Shown here piece by piece: positions 46,516 to 55,236 of a stretch of 64,000 bases of DNA (positions are counted from its first letter, which is position 1; every line of letters begins with the position of its first letter). The position numbers and the translations under genes are program-made. The stretch is from an uncultured bacterium (GTDB lineage: Bacteria; UBA8481): assembly GCA_964499705.1 (NCBI GenBank), contig CAZCME010000007.1, forward strand, positions 124,001 to 188,000. Direction: 5' to 3'. The notes beneath the pieces were generated by a model. It was not told the DNA's origin. It saw only the letters and a list, made by a program, of their open reading frames with translations, and searched no databases.

Positions 46516-47235
46516 GTGAGCCATGACGGCGCCGGCGGCATGCGATGGCTCCTGACCTACGCCGACCTCATCACGCTCCTCCTCGTCTTCTTCATCATCG
46601 CCTACGCGGCCGCGAACAAGGAGACGCCCGAATCCCGGGCCATGGCGGCCTCCATCTCCGAAGCGTTCTCCCCTCTCTCCAACGATAACCCCTTCATCGC
46701 GGAAGGCAAAGGCTACGGCAAGAACATCCTCTCGCACGGCCGCACCGCGAATCTCCTCGGCGCGCCCACGCTCGTCTCCCAGGTGCGCGACGCCGTACTT
46801 CTCCTGGAAAATCGATCCGCCATGATCCGCTTCCTCTCCGAGCAGCTCGTCGTCGACGTCATGCCGGAAAACATCTTCGAGCCCGACGGCGTGACCATCC
46901 GGGAGTCCGCGCGGCCGTTCCTGAAACGCATGTCGGACATCAGCATGTCCGTCTCCAAGCATCTCCAGATCGCGGCTTACCGTCCGGAGAAGATGCCGGA
47001 AGGTTACGCGGCGACGGACGTCTGGACCCTGACAGCGCGGGAAAGCTCCCGCGTCGCGGACTACATGACGACACTCGGCAATGTGGACGCCTCGCGCGTG
47101 ACCGCCCTGGCCCTTGGGTCCAACACCGACCGCGTCGGCATTAAAAGCGGAGCCGGCACGATGGCCGGTATTTCCTTCGTCTTCCTCGATGTCAAGGAGG
47201 AGGAAGTGAAAGACCTCCGGCAGAACGGGCCATGA
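46516..47235 (+). CDS. motB: Stator B subunit MotB, paralogue 1
   Basis: RWLLTYADLITLLLVFFI transmembrane helix with the essential Asp; degenerate OmpA-like C-terminal domain. Confidence 0.8.
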   Translation: MSHDGAGGMRWLLTYADLITLLLVFFIIAYAAANKETPESRAMAASISEAFSPLSNDNPFIAEGKGYGKNILSHGRTANLLGAPTLVSQVRDAVLLLENRSAMIRFLSEQLVVDVMPENIFEPDGVTIRESARPFLKRMSDISMSVSKHLQIAAYRPEKMPEGYAATDVWTLTARESSRVADYMTTLGNVDASRVTALALGSNTDRVGIKSGAGTMAGISFVFLDVKEEEVKDLRQNGP

Positions 47236-47963
47236 GCTGGGGCGCCCACGGCAAGCATGGCTCGGGCGGAGGCGGCGGACATGACGGAGCGGGAGGCATG
47301 CGATGGCTGCTGACGTATGCCGACCTCATCACGCTCCTGCTCGTCTTCTTCATCATCGCCTTCGCCGCCGCCAGCCAGGACAAGGATAAGCTCGACGAGC
47401 TCGCCCTGGCGCTGGCCGCCGCCTTCTCGCCCTTCAAGAGCGACGCTCCTTTTCCCGTGGAAGGCTATGGTCTGGGAGAAGGCATACGATCCTCGGGACG
47501 AATGTCCAAGGAGCAGCAGGAGAAGACGCTCCTTTCCCAGCTCCAGGACGCGACGTCTCTGCTTGAGAACAAGCAGGCCGACATCCGATTCTACGAGGAT
47601 CAACCGGGAATCAGGATCGCGATTCCGGTCCTCTTCGCCGACGACCTCGTCACGATCCGCGACGATGCCAAGCCTTTCCTTGCCAGGCTGGCCGGCCTGC
47701 TGCAGATGATCCAGTTTCAGACGGAGGTCGTATCGTACAGAACTTCCCCACCGCCGCTTGGTCATACAGCGTGGTCGCTGACGACGGAACAGGCGGCGAC
47801 GATCGTGCGGTATCTTGTGGAGAGCGGACATGTCAGCGCGCGACAGTTGACGGCGGCCGGTCGCGGTCCGAACATGCCGCTGCCCGACGATGGCGCTCCG
47901 GATAACGAGCCGCCGGACGGACTGGTCATCCGAATCCTGCAAAATGCCCGGGAGAAGAAGTAG
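47232..47963 (+). CDS. motB: Stator B subunit MotB, paralogue 2
   Basis: Same RWLLTYADLITLLLVFFI helix; OmpA-like C-terminal domain (WSLTTEQAATIVRYL...LTAAGRGPNMP). ATGA overlap with paralogue 1. Confidence 0.8.
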   Translation: MSWGAHGKHGSGGGGGHDGAGGMRWLLTYADLITLLLVFFIIAFAAASQDKDKLDELALALAAAFSPFKSDAPFPVEGYGLGEGIRSSGRMSKEQQEKTLLSQLQDATSLLENKQADIRFYEDQPGIRIAIPVLFADDLVTIRDDAKPFLARLAGLLQMIQFQTEVVSYRTSPPPLGHTAWSLTTEQAATIVRYLVESGHVSARQLTAAGRGPNMPLPDDGAPDNEPPDGLVIRILQNAREKK

Positions 47964-47970
47964 AAGAACC

Positions 47971-48043
47971 TGGGCGGAACAGGACTCGAACCTGTGACCC
48001 TCTCCGTGTAAAGGAGATGCTCTACCGACTGAGCTATCCGCCC
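47971..48043 (-). tRNA. tRNA-Val(TAC)
   Basis: GGGCGGATAGCTCAGTCGGTAGAGCATCTCCTTTACACGGAGAGGGTCACAGGTTCGAGTCCTGTTCCGCCCA; 3' CCA not encoded. Confidence 0.96.
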
Positions 48044-48069
48044 GACGCCCGGTAGACAAGAGACGAAAC

Positions 48070-48144
<75 letters not shown>

Positions 48145-48197
48145 GTGAGCGCTATCCTAATACGACAGCTGTAGTCGTGCAATACGATCCTGAATAT

Positions 48198-48716
48198 TCA
48201 AAAATCCGTCGAGCGGATCGCCATGACCTTCAGCAGGCCGGTGATGGCGGCATGCACGAGCATGTAGACGATGACGGCCACCACATACGACGTTCGGAAA
48301 GCGAATTCGGACACGACCGGTTCCATCATGAGGCCTGAAAAGGGCGCGAGGAACGGAGCGGAGAGCGCGTCGATGAATTCCTTGAATCCCGTTCCTTCCC
48401 GCGCACCCAGGAGTTCCAGGGCGATCTCCAGTCCGATGATGCCGTAGATGATTCCGAAGCTGTAGTTAACGAATTGCCCGATCCGCGCGAGGAAGCGCGC
48501 GCGGATGACTTCATCCTCCGTCTGCACGACCTCCTTGACGGCCTTCCCCTTCATCTTCCGGGCCAATTCCTCGGCGCGAGCCTTGTCCTCCTGCGTAATC
48601 TCCGCCGTCGCGGTCGTCACCGCATCGACAAGCTCCTTCTCCGCGCCCGACTTCACCGCTTCCAGCTCGCGCATCCGCCGGGCTTCTTCTTCTGCAAGTT
48701 TTGGATCCAGTACCAT
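48198..48716 (-). CDS. YggT-family membrane protein with a charged N-terminal extension
   Basis: C-terminal LELLGAREGTGFKEFIDALSAPFLAPFSGL between TM helices; GGGGGGTG SD upstream. Confidence 0.7.
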   Translation of the reverse strand: MVLDPKLAEEEARRMRELEAVKSGAEKELVDAVTTATAEITQEDKARAEELARKMKGKAVKEVVQTEDEVIRARFLARIGQFVNYSFGIIYGIIGLEIALELLGAREGTGFKEFIDALSAPFLAPFSGLMMEPVVSEFAFRTSYVVAVIVYMLVHAAITGLLKVMAIRSTDF

Positions 48717-48769
48717 AAGTCACCCCCCTGCGGTGACGCCGCATGCCTGCGGCGCTCCCCGCTCCCTTT

Positions 48770-49597
48770 CTACGGCAGCATGGTCGAAGGCCGCTTCACC
48801 CGGGCGGCATTGTATTCACGCAGCGCTTCCGGCATCTGCTGGCGCATCGCGGCGGCGCGTCCCGCGGGATCCGGATGCGTGGAGAGAAACTGCGGCACGC
48901 CCCGCCGGGAGGATGCCGCCATCCGGTCCCACAGCGCGGGTGCCTCATTCGGATCGTACCCGGCGCGCGCCATCATCATGAGCCCCATCTGATCGGCCTC
49001 GGACTCCTGTGTCCTGCTGTAGGGAAGAATAAAGCCCAGCGTCGAACCGACTCCGAAGACCGTCATCCACGCGTTTTTCTTGCTGCTGCTCCCCAGACTG
49101 CTCTCGACCACGCTTCCCAGGATGTCCTGGATCGCGCCGTGCGTGGCGCGCTCATTGGAGTGCTGCGCAAGGGCATGAGCGATCTCGTGACCGAGAACGG
49201 CCGCGAGCCCGGCTTCGTTTTTCGCCATCGGCAGAAGGCCCGTGTAGACCGCGACTTTGCCGCCCGGCATCGCCCACGCGTTCACCTCGGTATCCTGATC
49301 GATGAGGATGAATTCCCACCGATAATCCGCGCGTCCCGAGATTTCGGCCAGGCTCGCTCCCACGCTCTGAACGGCATCGAAGCGCGGGCCCGATTTGACA
49401 AGCGTGCTGTTGGCTTTGATGTCGTTGAAGAGTTCCTGGGCTGAAGCGTTCAACTGGGCTTCGGTATAGAAGAGAAGCTGTGTCCGGCCCGTCGGAGATT
49501 TCTGGACAGGCCCGGTTCCGGAACAGGCCGCGATGGCAAGAAGAATGATGACGAGTCCGGCGAGTATTCTCCCGGAAAAACGACGCATCGGTATCAT
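48770..49597 (-). CDS. M48-family zinc metallopeptidase lipoprotein
   Basis: Lipobox IAAC; VNAWAMPGGK, GHEIAHA, YSRTQESEAD, AGYDP and LSTHP. Confidence 0.93.
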   Translation of the reverse strand: MIPMRRFSGRILAGLVIILLAIAACSGTGPVQKSPTGRTQLLFYTEAQLNASAQELFNDIKANSTLVKSGPRFDAVQSVGASLAEISGRADYRWEFILIDQDTEVNAWAMPGGKVAVYTGLLPMAKNEAGLAAVLGHEIAHALAQHSNERATHGAIQDILGSVVESSLGSSSKKNAWMTVFGVGSTLGFILPYSRTQESEADQMGLMMMARAGYDPNEAPALWDRMAASSRRGVPQFLSTHPDPAGRAAAMRQQMPEALREYNAARVKRPSTMLP

Positions 49598-49845
49598 GGC
49601 GAATATCCCCTTTCATCCGAATAAGATGGAGCCCCCTGAAAACCGCCCCTGAGATGTGATTATACACGGCTCCCCCGAAATCCGCCCGCCTCGCGGCCCG
49701 CCGTCATTAAACCGTCCATTGCGCCCATGATTAGGCGATGTAACCGCTATCATTAGGTTTATTAGCAGTCTTTTCACTTCATAAAATATTTTCACTTTTT
49801 TTCGCATCCGGGGGTTGCATTTCAAACGAAGACCGCACTATATAT

Positions 49846-50084
49846 GGTGTGAAGGACGCGAAGCCGGTTCTGCTGAAAATTTCACGCTGACCTTAAAGGC
49901 GGAGCCGGTTTCGTGGATGTTTTCAATCGAATATCGAGCAGGCGGTACACGATACGGACAGGCCAGGCTTGGTGGACTTTCCACCCTTACGCTGCGATGG
50001 ACCTCCGCGTTACTCCTGCAGGATAGGCGTCATACCCGACGCCGGCCCTCCTCTTCGAAACCTCGAGGGGAGGGTTCTTTTTTT
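49846..50084 (+). ncRNA. Candidate structured non-coding RNA of unassigned class
   Basis: Intergenic, preceded by an AT-rich tract and TTGCAT (49815) ... TATATA (49839). It contains several hairpins and ends in an intrinsic terminator, and clpC has its own promoter downstream. Confidence 0.5.
50044..50084 (+). terminator. Rho-independent terminator
   Basis: ccctcctc...gaggggaggg stem followed by T7 (50078-50084). Confidence 0.8.
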
Positions 50085-50103
50085 ATCCCCCGGCCAATGC
50101 CCT

Positions 50104-50132
50104 TTTGACTTTCTTTGGATGCATTCTATAAT
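50104..50132 (+). promoter_or_regulatory. Sigma70-type clpC promoter (TTGACT-16-TATAAT) overlapped by a CtsR-box-like repeat
   Basis: TTGACT 50105-50110 and TATAAT 50127-50132, with the ATG 6 nt later. TTTGACT-TTC-TTTGGAT at 50104-50120. Confidence 0.75.
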
Positions 50133-50138
50133 GTCTGT

Positions 50139-52589
50139 ATGAGATTGCCTCTGACCGAAAGGGCGAAACGCGTTCTGGACCTGGCCGCCACCGCCTCCCG
50201 TCAGCTCGGACATGATTTCATCGGCTCCGAGCATATCCTCCTTGGCGTGCTCCGCGAGGGCGGCGGCGTCGGCATCGAAGCGCTGAAGCAGATCGGTATC
50301 GATCCGCAGGCTCTATTGGCCGAGATCGAGGAGAACATCTCCGCGGGCTCCAACATCCAGCACAAGGGCGATATTCCCTTCACGCCCCGCGCACGCGCCG
50401 TCATCGATATCGCGGAACGCGAAGCCAAATCCGCGAACCAGAATTATATCGGCTCCGAGCACATCCTCCTTGGCTTGATCGGCGAAGGCGAAGGGGTCGC
50501 CGCGCAGATCCTCATCTCGCATGAAGTCGACGTCGACAAGCTACGCGACGCGATCCAGTCCATCCTCGGTCTTCCTCCGGGCCAGCAGAACACGCCCCAA
50601 TCGGCCGCACAGACCCAGAAGCGGAAATCCAAGACGCCCGCGACCGACACCTTCTCGCGCGATCTCACGGTTCTCGCCCGCGAAGGCAAGCTCGATCCGG
50701 TCATCGGCCGCGACAGCGAGATCGAGCGCGTCATCCAGATCCTGGCGCGGCGCACGAAGAACAATCCCGTCCTTATAGGCGACCCCGGCGTCGGCAAGAC
50801 CGCCGTCGTCGAAGGTCTCGCGCAGATGATCGTCGACTCCAAGGTGCCGGACATCCTGAAAGAGAAGCGGATCATGACGCTCGATCTCGGCGCCATCGTC
50901 GCCGGCACGAAGTACCGCGGCGAGTTCGAGGACAGGCTGAAGAGAATCCTGAAGGAGATCAACACCGTCGGCAACATCATCCTCTTCATCGACGAAGTGC
51001 ACCTCCTCGTCGGCGCCGGTTCCGCTGAAGGGTCCCTCGATGCGGCCAATATTCTCAAGCCTCCCCTGGCGCGCGGAGAAATCCAATGCATCGGAGCGAC
51101 CACGCTGGAGGAATACCGCAAGTACGTCGAATCCGACGCCGCCCTCGAACGCCGCTTCCAGATGGTGATGGTGAACGAGCCGTCCGTGGAAGCGACGATC
51201 GAGATCCTGAAAGGCCTGAAGCAGCGCTATGCCGACCATCACCGCGTGGAATATTCCGACGCGGCCATAGAGGCCTGCGCCCGCAGCGCCGCGCGCTATA
51301 TCTCCGACCGCTTCCTCCCGGACAAGGCCATCGACCTGATGGACGAGGCCGGTTCGGTCCTGAAGTTGAAGACCGCCGCCACCGATCCAGAGATCCTCGG
51401 GCTCCAGAAGAGCCTCGAAGAACTCGCCGCCAGGAAAGCCCAGGCCGCCGCCGCGGAAGAATATGAAAAGTGCGCCGCGATCAAGGTCGACGAGGATGCC
51501 CTGGCCGCGGAGATCTCCAGGAAGCTCGCCGCTTCCTCCACGGCCAAGTGGCCGATCGTGGAAGCCAGCGCCGTATACGAGGTCGTTTCACGCTGGACAG
51601 GAATCGCCCTGACGCGCCTCAAGGAGAACGAATCGTCGCGGCTCTTGCGGATGGAAGAGGAAATCGGCCAGCGTTTCATATCCCAGAAGGAAGCCGTCAA
51701 GGTCGTCGCCAAGGCCATCCGCCGCGGCCGCACCGGTCTGAAGGACCCCAAGCGCCCCACCGGATCGTTTCTCTTCCTCGGACCCACCGGCGTCGGCAAG
51801 ACCGAGCTCGCCCGCGCGCTCGCCGAATTCATGTTCGACAACGAGGAGGCGCTCGTCCGGATCGACATGAGCGAATTCATGGAACGACATTCCGTCTCGC
51901 GCCTCATCGGTGCTCCCCCGGGTTACGTCGGCTACGACGAAGGCGGTGTCCTGACCGAGGCCGTCCGGCGCCGTCCCTACTCCGTCGTTCTCTTCGACGA
52001 GGTCGAGAAAGCCCACCCGGAAGTCTTCCACACGCTGCTGCAGGTTCTCGATGACGGACGCCTTACCGATTCGCTCGGCCACACCGTCGACTTCAGGAAC
52101 ACCGTCATCATCCTCACCTCCAACATCGGCGCGCGCGACATTGCCAAGGGCCAGAATCTCGGTTTCTCGCGACACGGGGAGGAAGATGTCTACGACGGCA
52201 TGAAGGAGCGCGTCCTCGACGAAGTGAAGCGCACGTTCTCGCCGGAGTTCCTGAACCGGCTCGATGAAGTCGTCGTCTTCCGCGCCCTGACGAAGGAAGA
52301 CACCGGCGCGATCGCCGTCCTCATGGTTAAAAAGCTCGTCGACCGGATCAAGAAGGAGAGCGGCTTGAACGTCTGCGTCGACGACGCCGCGATCCAGGTG
52401 ATCGCCGAAGAAGGATACGATCCCAACATGGGAGCGCGCCCTCTGCGCCGGACAATCCAGAAGCGTATCGAGGACGGTCTCGCCGAGGAAATCCTCCGCC
52501 GCGGATCCCTCGCTTCCGTTCTTGTGACCGCCGAAGGCGACGAGATCGTCTTCAAGGACATGGTTCGGGAATCAGAACCGGTCGGCTGA
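50139..52589 (+). CDS. clpC: ATP-dependent Clp protease ATP-binding subunit ClpC
   Basis: Two Clp-N repeats (GSEHILLG), KLDPVIGR, Walker A motifs GDPGVGKT and GPTGVGKT, a short UVR-type middle domain, GAPPGYVGY and GARPLRR. Confidence 0.96.
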   Translation: MRLPLTERAKRVLDLAATASRQLGHDFIGSEHILLGVLREGGGVGIEALKQIGIDPQALLAEIEENISAGSNIQHKGDIPFTPRARAVIDIAEREAKSANQNYIGSEHILLGLIGEGEGVAAQILISHEVDVDKLRDAIQSILGLPPGQQNTPQSAAQTQKRKSKTPATDTFSRDLTVLAREGKLDPVIGRDSEIERVIQILARRTKNNPVLIGDPGVGKTAVVEGLAQMIVDSKVPDILKEKRIMTLDLGAIVAGTKYRGEFEDRLKRILKEINTVGNIILFIDEVHLLVGAGSAEGSLDAANILKPPLARGEIQCIGATTLEEYRKYVESDAALERRFQMVMVNEPSVEATIEILKGLKQRYADHHRVEYSDAAIEACARSAARYISDRFLPDKAIDLMDEAGSVLKLKTAATDPEILGLQKSLEELAARKAQAAAAEEYEKCAAIKVDEDALAAEISRKLAASSTAKWPIVEASAVYEVVSRWTGIALTRLKENESSRLLRMEEEIGQRFISQKEAVKVVAKAIRRGRTGLKDPKRPTGSFLFLGPTGVGKTELARALAEFMFDNEEALVRIDMSEFMERHSVSRLIGAPPGYVGYDEGGVLTEAVRRRPYSVVLFDEVEKAHPEVFHTLLQVLDDGRLTDSLGHTVDFRNTVIILTSNIGARDIAKGQNLGFSRHGEEDVYDGMKERVLDEVKRTFSPEFLNRLDEVVVFRALTKEDTGAIAVLMVKKLVDRIKKESGLNVCVDDAAIQVIAEEGYDPNMGARPLRRTIQKRIEDGLAEEILRRGSLASVLVTAEGDEIVFKDMVRESEPVG

Positions 52590-52649
52590 ACCGATCTTCC
52601 GCAGAATTTTCTCCATCCCATACCTGATGCCCGTCAGCGCGGCAGCGGA

Positions 52650-55130
52650 ATGAATCCGACCGCGCACGGCAAGGCTGTCTGCATCCAGGAACGCTTTATC
52701 CTCTTCACGATCGCCATGACGGGCGTATCCGCCGAACTGCTACTGACACGCGTTCTCAGCCTGAAGTATCTGAGCCATGCGGTCTACTCCATCGTCGCCG
52801 TGGCGATCCTGGGTTATGGTATCGGTCAGACGATCATCTCGATGGACCGCAAGTTCGACGAAGGTCGCCGCCGTAGCCAGGTCTCCGGGATCATGTCGCT
52901 CACCGCGCTTTCCCTGGCCGCCGCTCTCTTCACGATCCTCTACCTGCCGACGACGAATCGCATCGGAGATATTCTTCCCTGGGGAAATTATCTCTCTCTT
53001 GTCCTCTCCTACATCCTGACCGCCATTCCCTTCATCGGCATCGGCGCCGGGCTCGCCCTTCTGTTCCGCGACCGTTCGGACCTGGCTCCGACGCTGTACA
53101 CCATCGACCTCGCCGGAGCGGTGACCGGGGTGGTCGGATATTTCATCCTGATCGACCATCTGGGCGCCCTGTCCGCCACGATGCTCCTCTCCGCCCTTCT
53201 CGCTTTCACCGGCTGGCTTCTGGGCGAACGCCCGACGCATGCGCTCCTGACCACGACGATTCTCGCCGTGGCGACTGCCGGACTCCTGCTCACGCCTGAA
53301 GCGAATCTCGATTTTTCGATCAGCCATCACAAGGAGAGCGATCTCTTCAAGCGCACGGATTCCCGCGTCTCCGTCGAGCGCCTGGAATGGTACTCGCAGG
53401 GGCGCGTGGAACTCCTTAAGTTTCCCGGCGGAGATTTCATCGAACGGCTGGAGATGCCCGGTACCTTCGATGTCTCGACCGATCGCAAGCCGGAGGCGCT
53501 TTACTTTGCCACGGACGGAATGGCGGGAACGCCGGTCTACAATTTTGCCGATACTTCGATTCTCCCCAGGCCGTTCACCATCCCCATGGAAGCCCCCTAT
53601 CTCTTCCTGAACGAGCCCAGCCTCATGGTCCTGGGCGCGGGAGGAGGGCGCGATCTGTTCATGGGGAGAATGCATGGAGCCCGGAAGATGATCGGTGCGG
53701 AAATCAACGCTGTTACGTTCCGGCTGATGAGCCATGACCTGGTACACTGGACCGGCAATATCTACCACGACGATCGGACGGAAGTGCGCTGTGTTGACGG
53801 GCGATTCCTCGCGCGGCAGATTGCGCGCAGCGATCCGGGTTCGCTCGATCTCATCATTCTCAATGGCGTCGATTCGTACAACGCTCTCTCGTCCGGCGCA
53901 TATGCCTATGCGGAAAGCTATCTGTACACGACGGAAGCTATCCGGGATTATCTCGCCTGCCTCTCCGATTCCGGGATCCTGAACTTCAACCGATGGTTCT
54001 ACGAATCACTGCCGCGCGAAACGCTTCGACTCTTTGTGATGGCATCGGACGAATTGTCGGCGCTGGGAATCGATCCGCGTTCCTCCATCATCGTTCTCGA
54101 ATACCGAGGATGGGGAATCCTGCTTGTGCGGAAGACCCCCTTCACGGACAACGATCTCGCCGGGATCCGCGCCTATGTGAGCCGCCTCAATTCCACTCGA
54201 AGGGAAGTGGATGAGACGCACATCATTTATCTCGCGGGACGAACGGATGGATTCGACGCGAGCTCAGTGCGGACGGCGCCTTTCCACCAGTTCATGTCTT
54301 CGTTCCGCGACGGGCATCGCGATCATTTTCTCGCCGGCTATCCCGTGGAAGTCGGATCCGTGACCGATGACCGGCCTTATTTCTACAAATCGTACAGGAC
54401 GCTCGATGTGCTGCGGCGCCTGAACCGACTCGGAGAAACGACCTACGCCGGGGAGGAATGGCCGACCGTCATGCAATTAATCGCTTTCATCACTTGCGCG
54501 ATGGCCATCGGGATTTTCTTCTTCCTCCCCCTGTCCGGACACGCTCGAGGATTTTCAGGCTGGCATCTGTCCGGATGGGGCCTGTATTTCGCCAGCCTCG
54601 GCATGGGTTTCATCCTTCTCGAGATGAGCCTCATGCAGCGATTCATACTGATCCTTGGTCACCCCATGTACTCACTCGTGACGTGCCTGGCCGGAATTCT
54701 CTTCGGGCTCGGAGCGGGCAGCAGCTTCTGGAATGGAAGCAGCCTCCACTGGAAGCGATGGACTTTTCTCTGCGTCCTGCTCATGGCGATCCTGTTGGCG
54801 ATCCTCCACGGATTTCATGACGCGATCTCCGAAAGCGTTCTCGCATGGCCTCTTGTTCTCCGCGCCCTTTTCGTCGCATTCGTCGCCGCCGCCGTCGGGT
54901 TTCTCGCGGGAGGTTTCTACCCGCTCGGCTTATCCCGATTCGGCGCGCACCATCCCGATCTGATTCCCTGGGCCATGGCCGTCAATACAGGATTCACGGT
55001 CAGCGGGTCGCTCGTGACCATCCTGCTCTCGCAGGCCTGGGGCTTCCGCGCCTGTCTCCTGGCCGCGTTGGTGTTATACGGAATAGCCTTCACAAGTCTC
55101 CGCAAACTTGCCACGCACGCTTCCCCGTAA
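52650..55130 (+). CDS. Polytopic membrane protein with a central spermidine-synthase-like SAM-binding domain
   Basis: N-terminal TMs (ELLLTR, LYTIDLAGA), VLGAGGGRD, AEIN, DGR, ESYLYTTEA, VTDDRPYFY, YFASLGMGF..E and WAMAVN. Confidence 0.8.
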   Translation: MNPTAHGKAVCIQERFILFTIAMTGVSAELLLTRVLSLKYLSHAVYSIVAVAILGYGIGQTIISMDRKFDEGRRRSQVSGIMSLTALSLAAALFTILYLPTTNRIGDILPWGNYLSLVLSYILTAIPFIGIGAGLALLFRDRSDLAPTLYTIDLAGAVTGVVGYFILIDHLGALSATMLLSALLAFTGWLLGERPTHALLTTTILAVATAGLLLTPEANLDFSISHHKESDLFKRTDSRVSVERLEWYSQGRVELLKFPGGDFIERLEMPGTFDVSTDRKPEALYFATDGMAGTPVYNFADTSILPRPFTIPMEAPYLFLNEPSLMVLGAGGGRDLFMGRMHGARKMIGAEINAVTFRLMSHDLVHWTGNIYHDDRTEVRCVDGRFLARQIARSDPGSLDLIILNGVDSYNALSSGAYAYAESYLYTTEAIRDYLACLSDSGILNFNRWFYESLPRETLRLFVMASDELSALGIDPRSSIIVLEYRGWGILLVRKTPFTDNDLAGIRAYVSRLNSTRREVDETHIIYLAGRTDGFDASSVRTAPFHQFMSSFRDGHRDHFLAGYPVEVGSVTDDRPYFYKSYRTLDVLRRLNRLGETTYAGEEWPTVMQLIAFITCAMAIGIFFFLPLSGHARGFSGWHLSGWGLYFASLGMGFILLEMSLMQRFILILGHPMYSLVTCLAGILFGLGAGSSFWNGSSLHWKRWTFLCVLLMAILLAILHGFHDAISESVLAWPLVLRALFVAFVAAAVGFLAGGFYPLGLSRFGAHHPDLIPWAMAVNTGFTVSGSLVTILLSQAWGFRACLLAALVLYGIAFTSLRKLATHASP

Positions 55131-55236
55131 CAGAAGGAACTTTTCCACAGGGCAGGAGGTCTTAGTACGGCATGAACGAATCCTGTCCCATGAAGCAACG
55201 CAATCGCGATCACATTCGTGTATGATCATGCCGTTA

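Noticed and set aside
45723-47963. Zorya anti-phage system (ZorA/ZorB)
   Set aside because: The A subunit is a normal-length MotA with the ARREGLLSLE torque motif and no long cytoplasmic tail, and no zorC/D/E genes are adjacent.
49846-49915. c-di-GMP-I riboswitch suggested by GGACGCGAAGC followed by a hairpin
   Set aside because: The upstream GGCAAAC and GNRA-capped P2 stem are missing, and the downstream gene has its own promoter after the terminator.
49815-50108. 97-aa ORF across the RNA candidate
   Set aside because: TTG start without an SD, atypical composition, and it runs through an intrinsic terminator into the clpC promoter.
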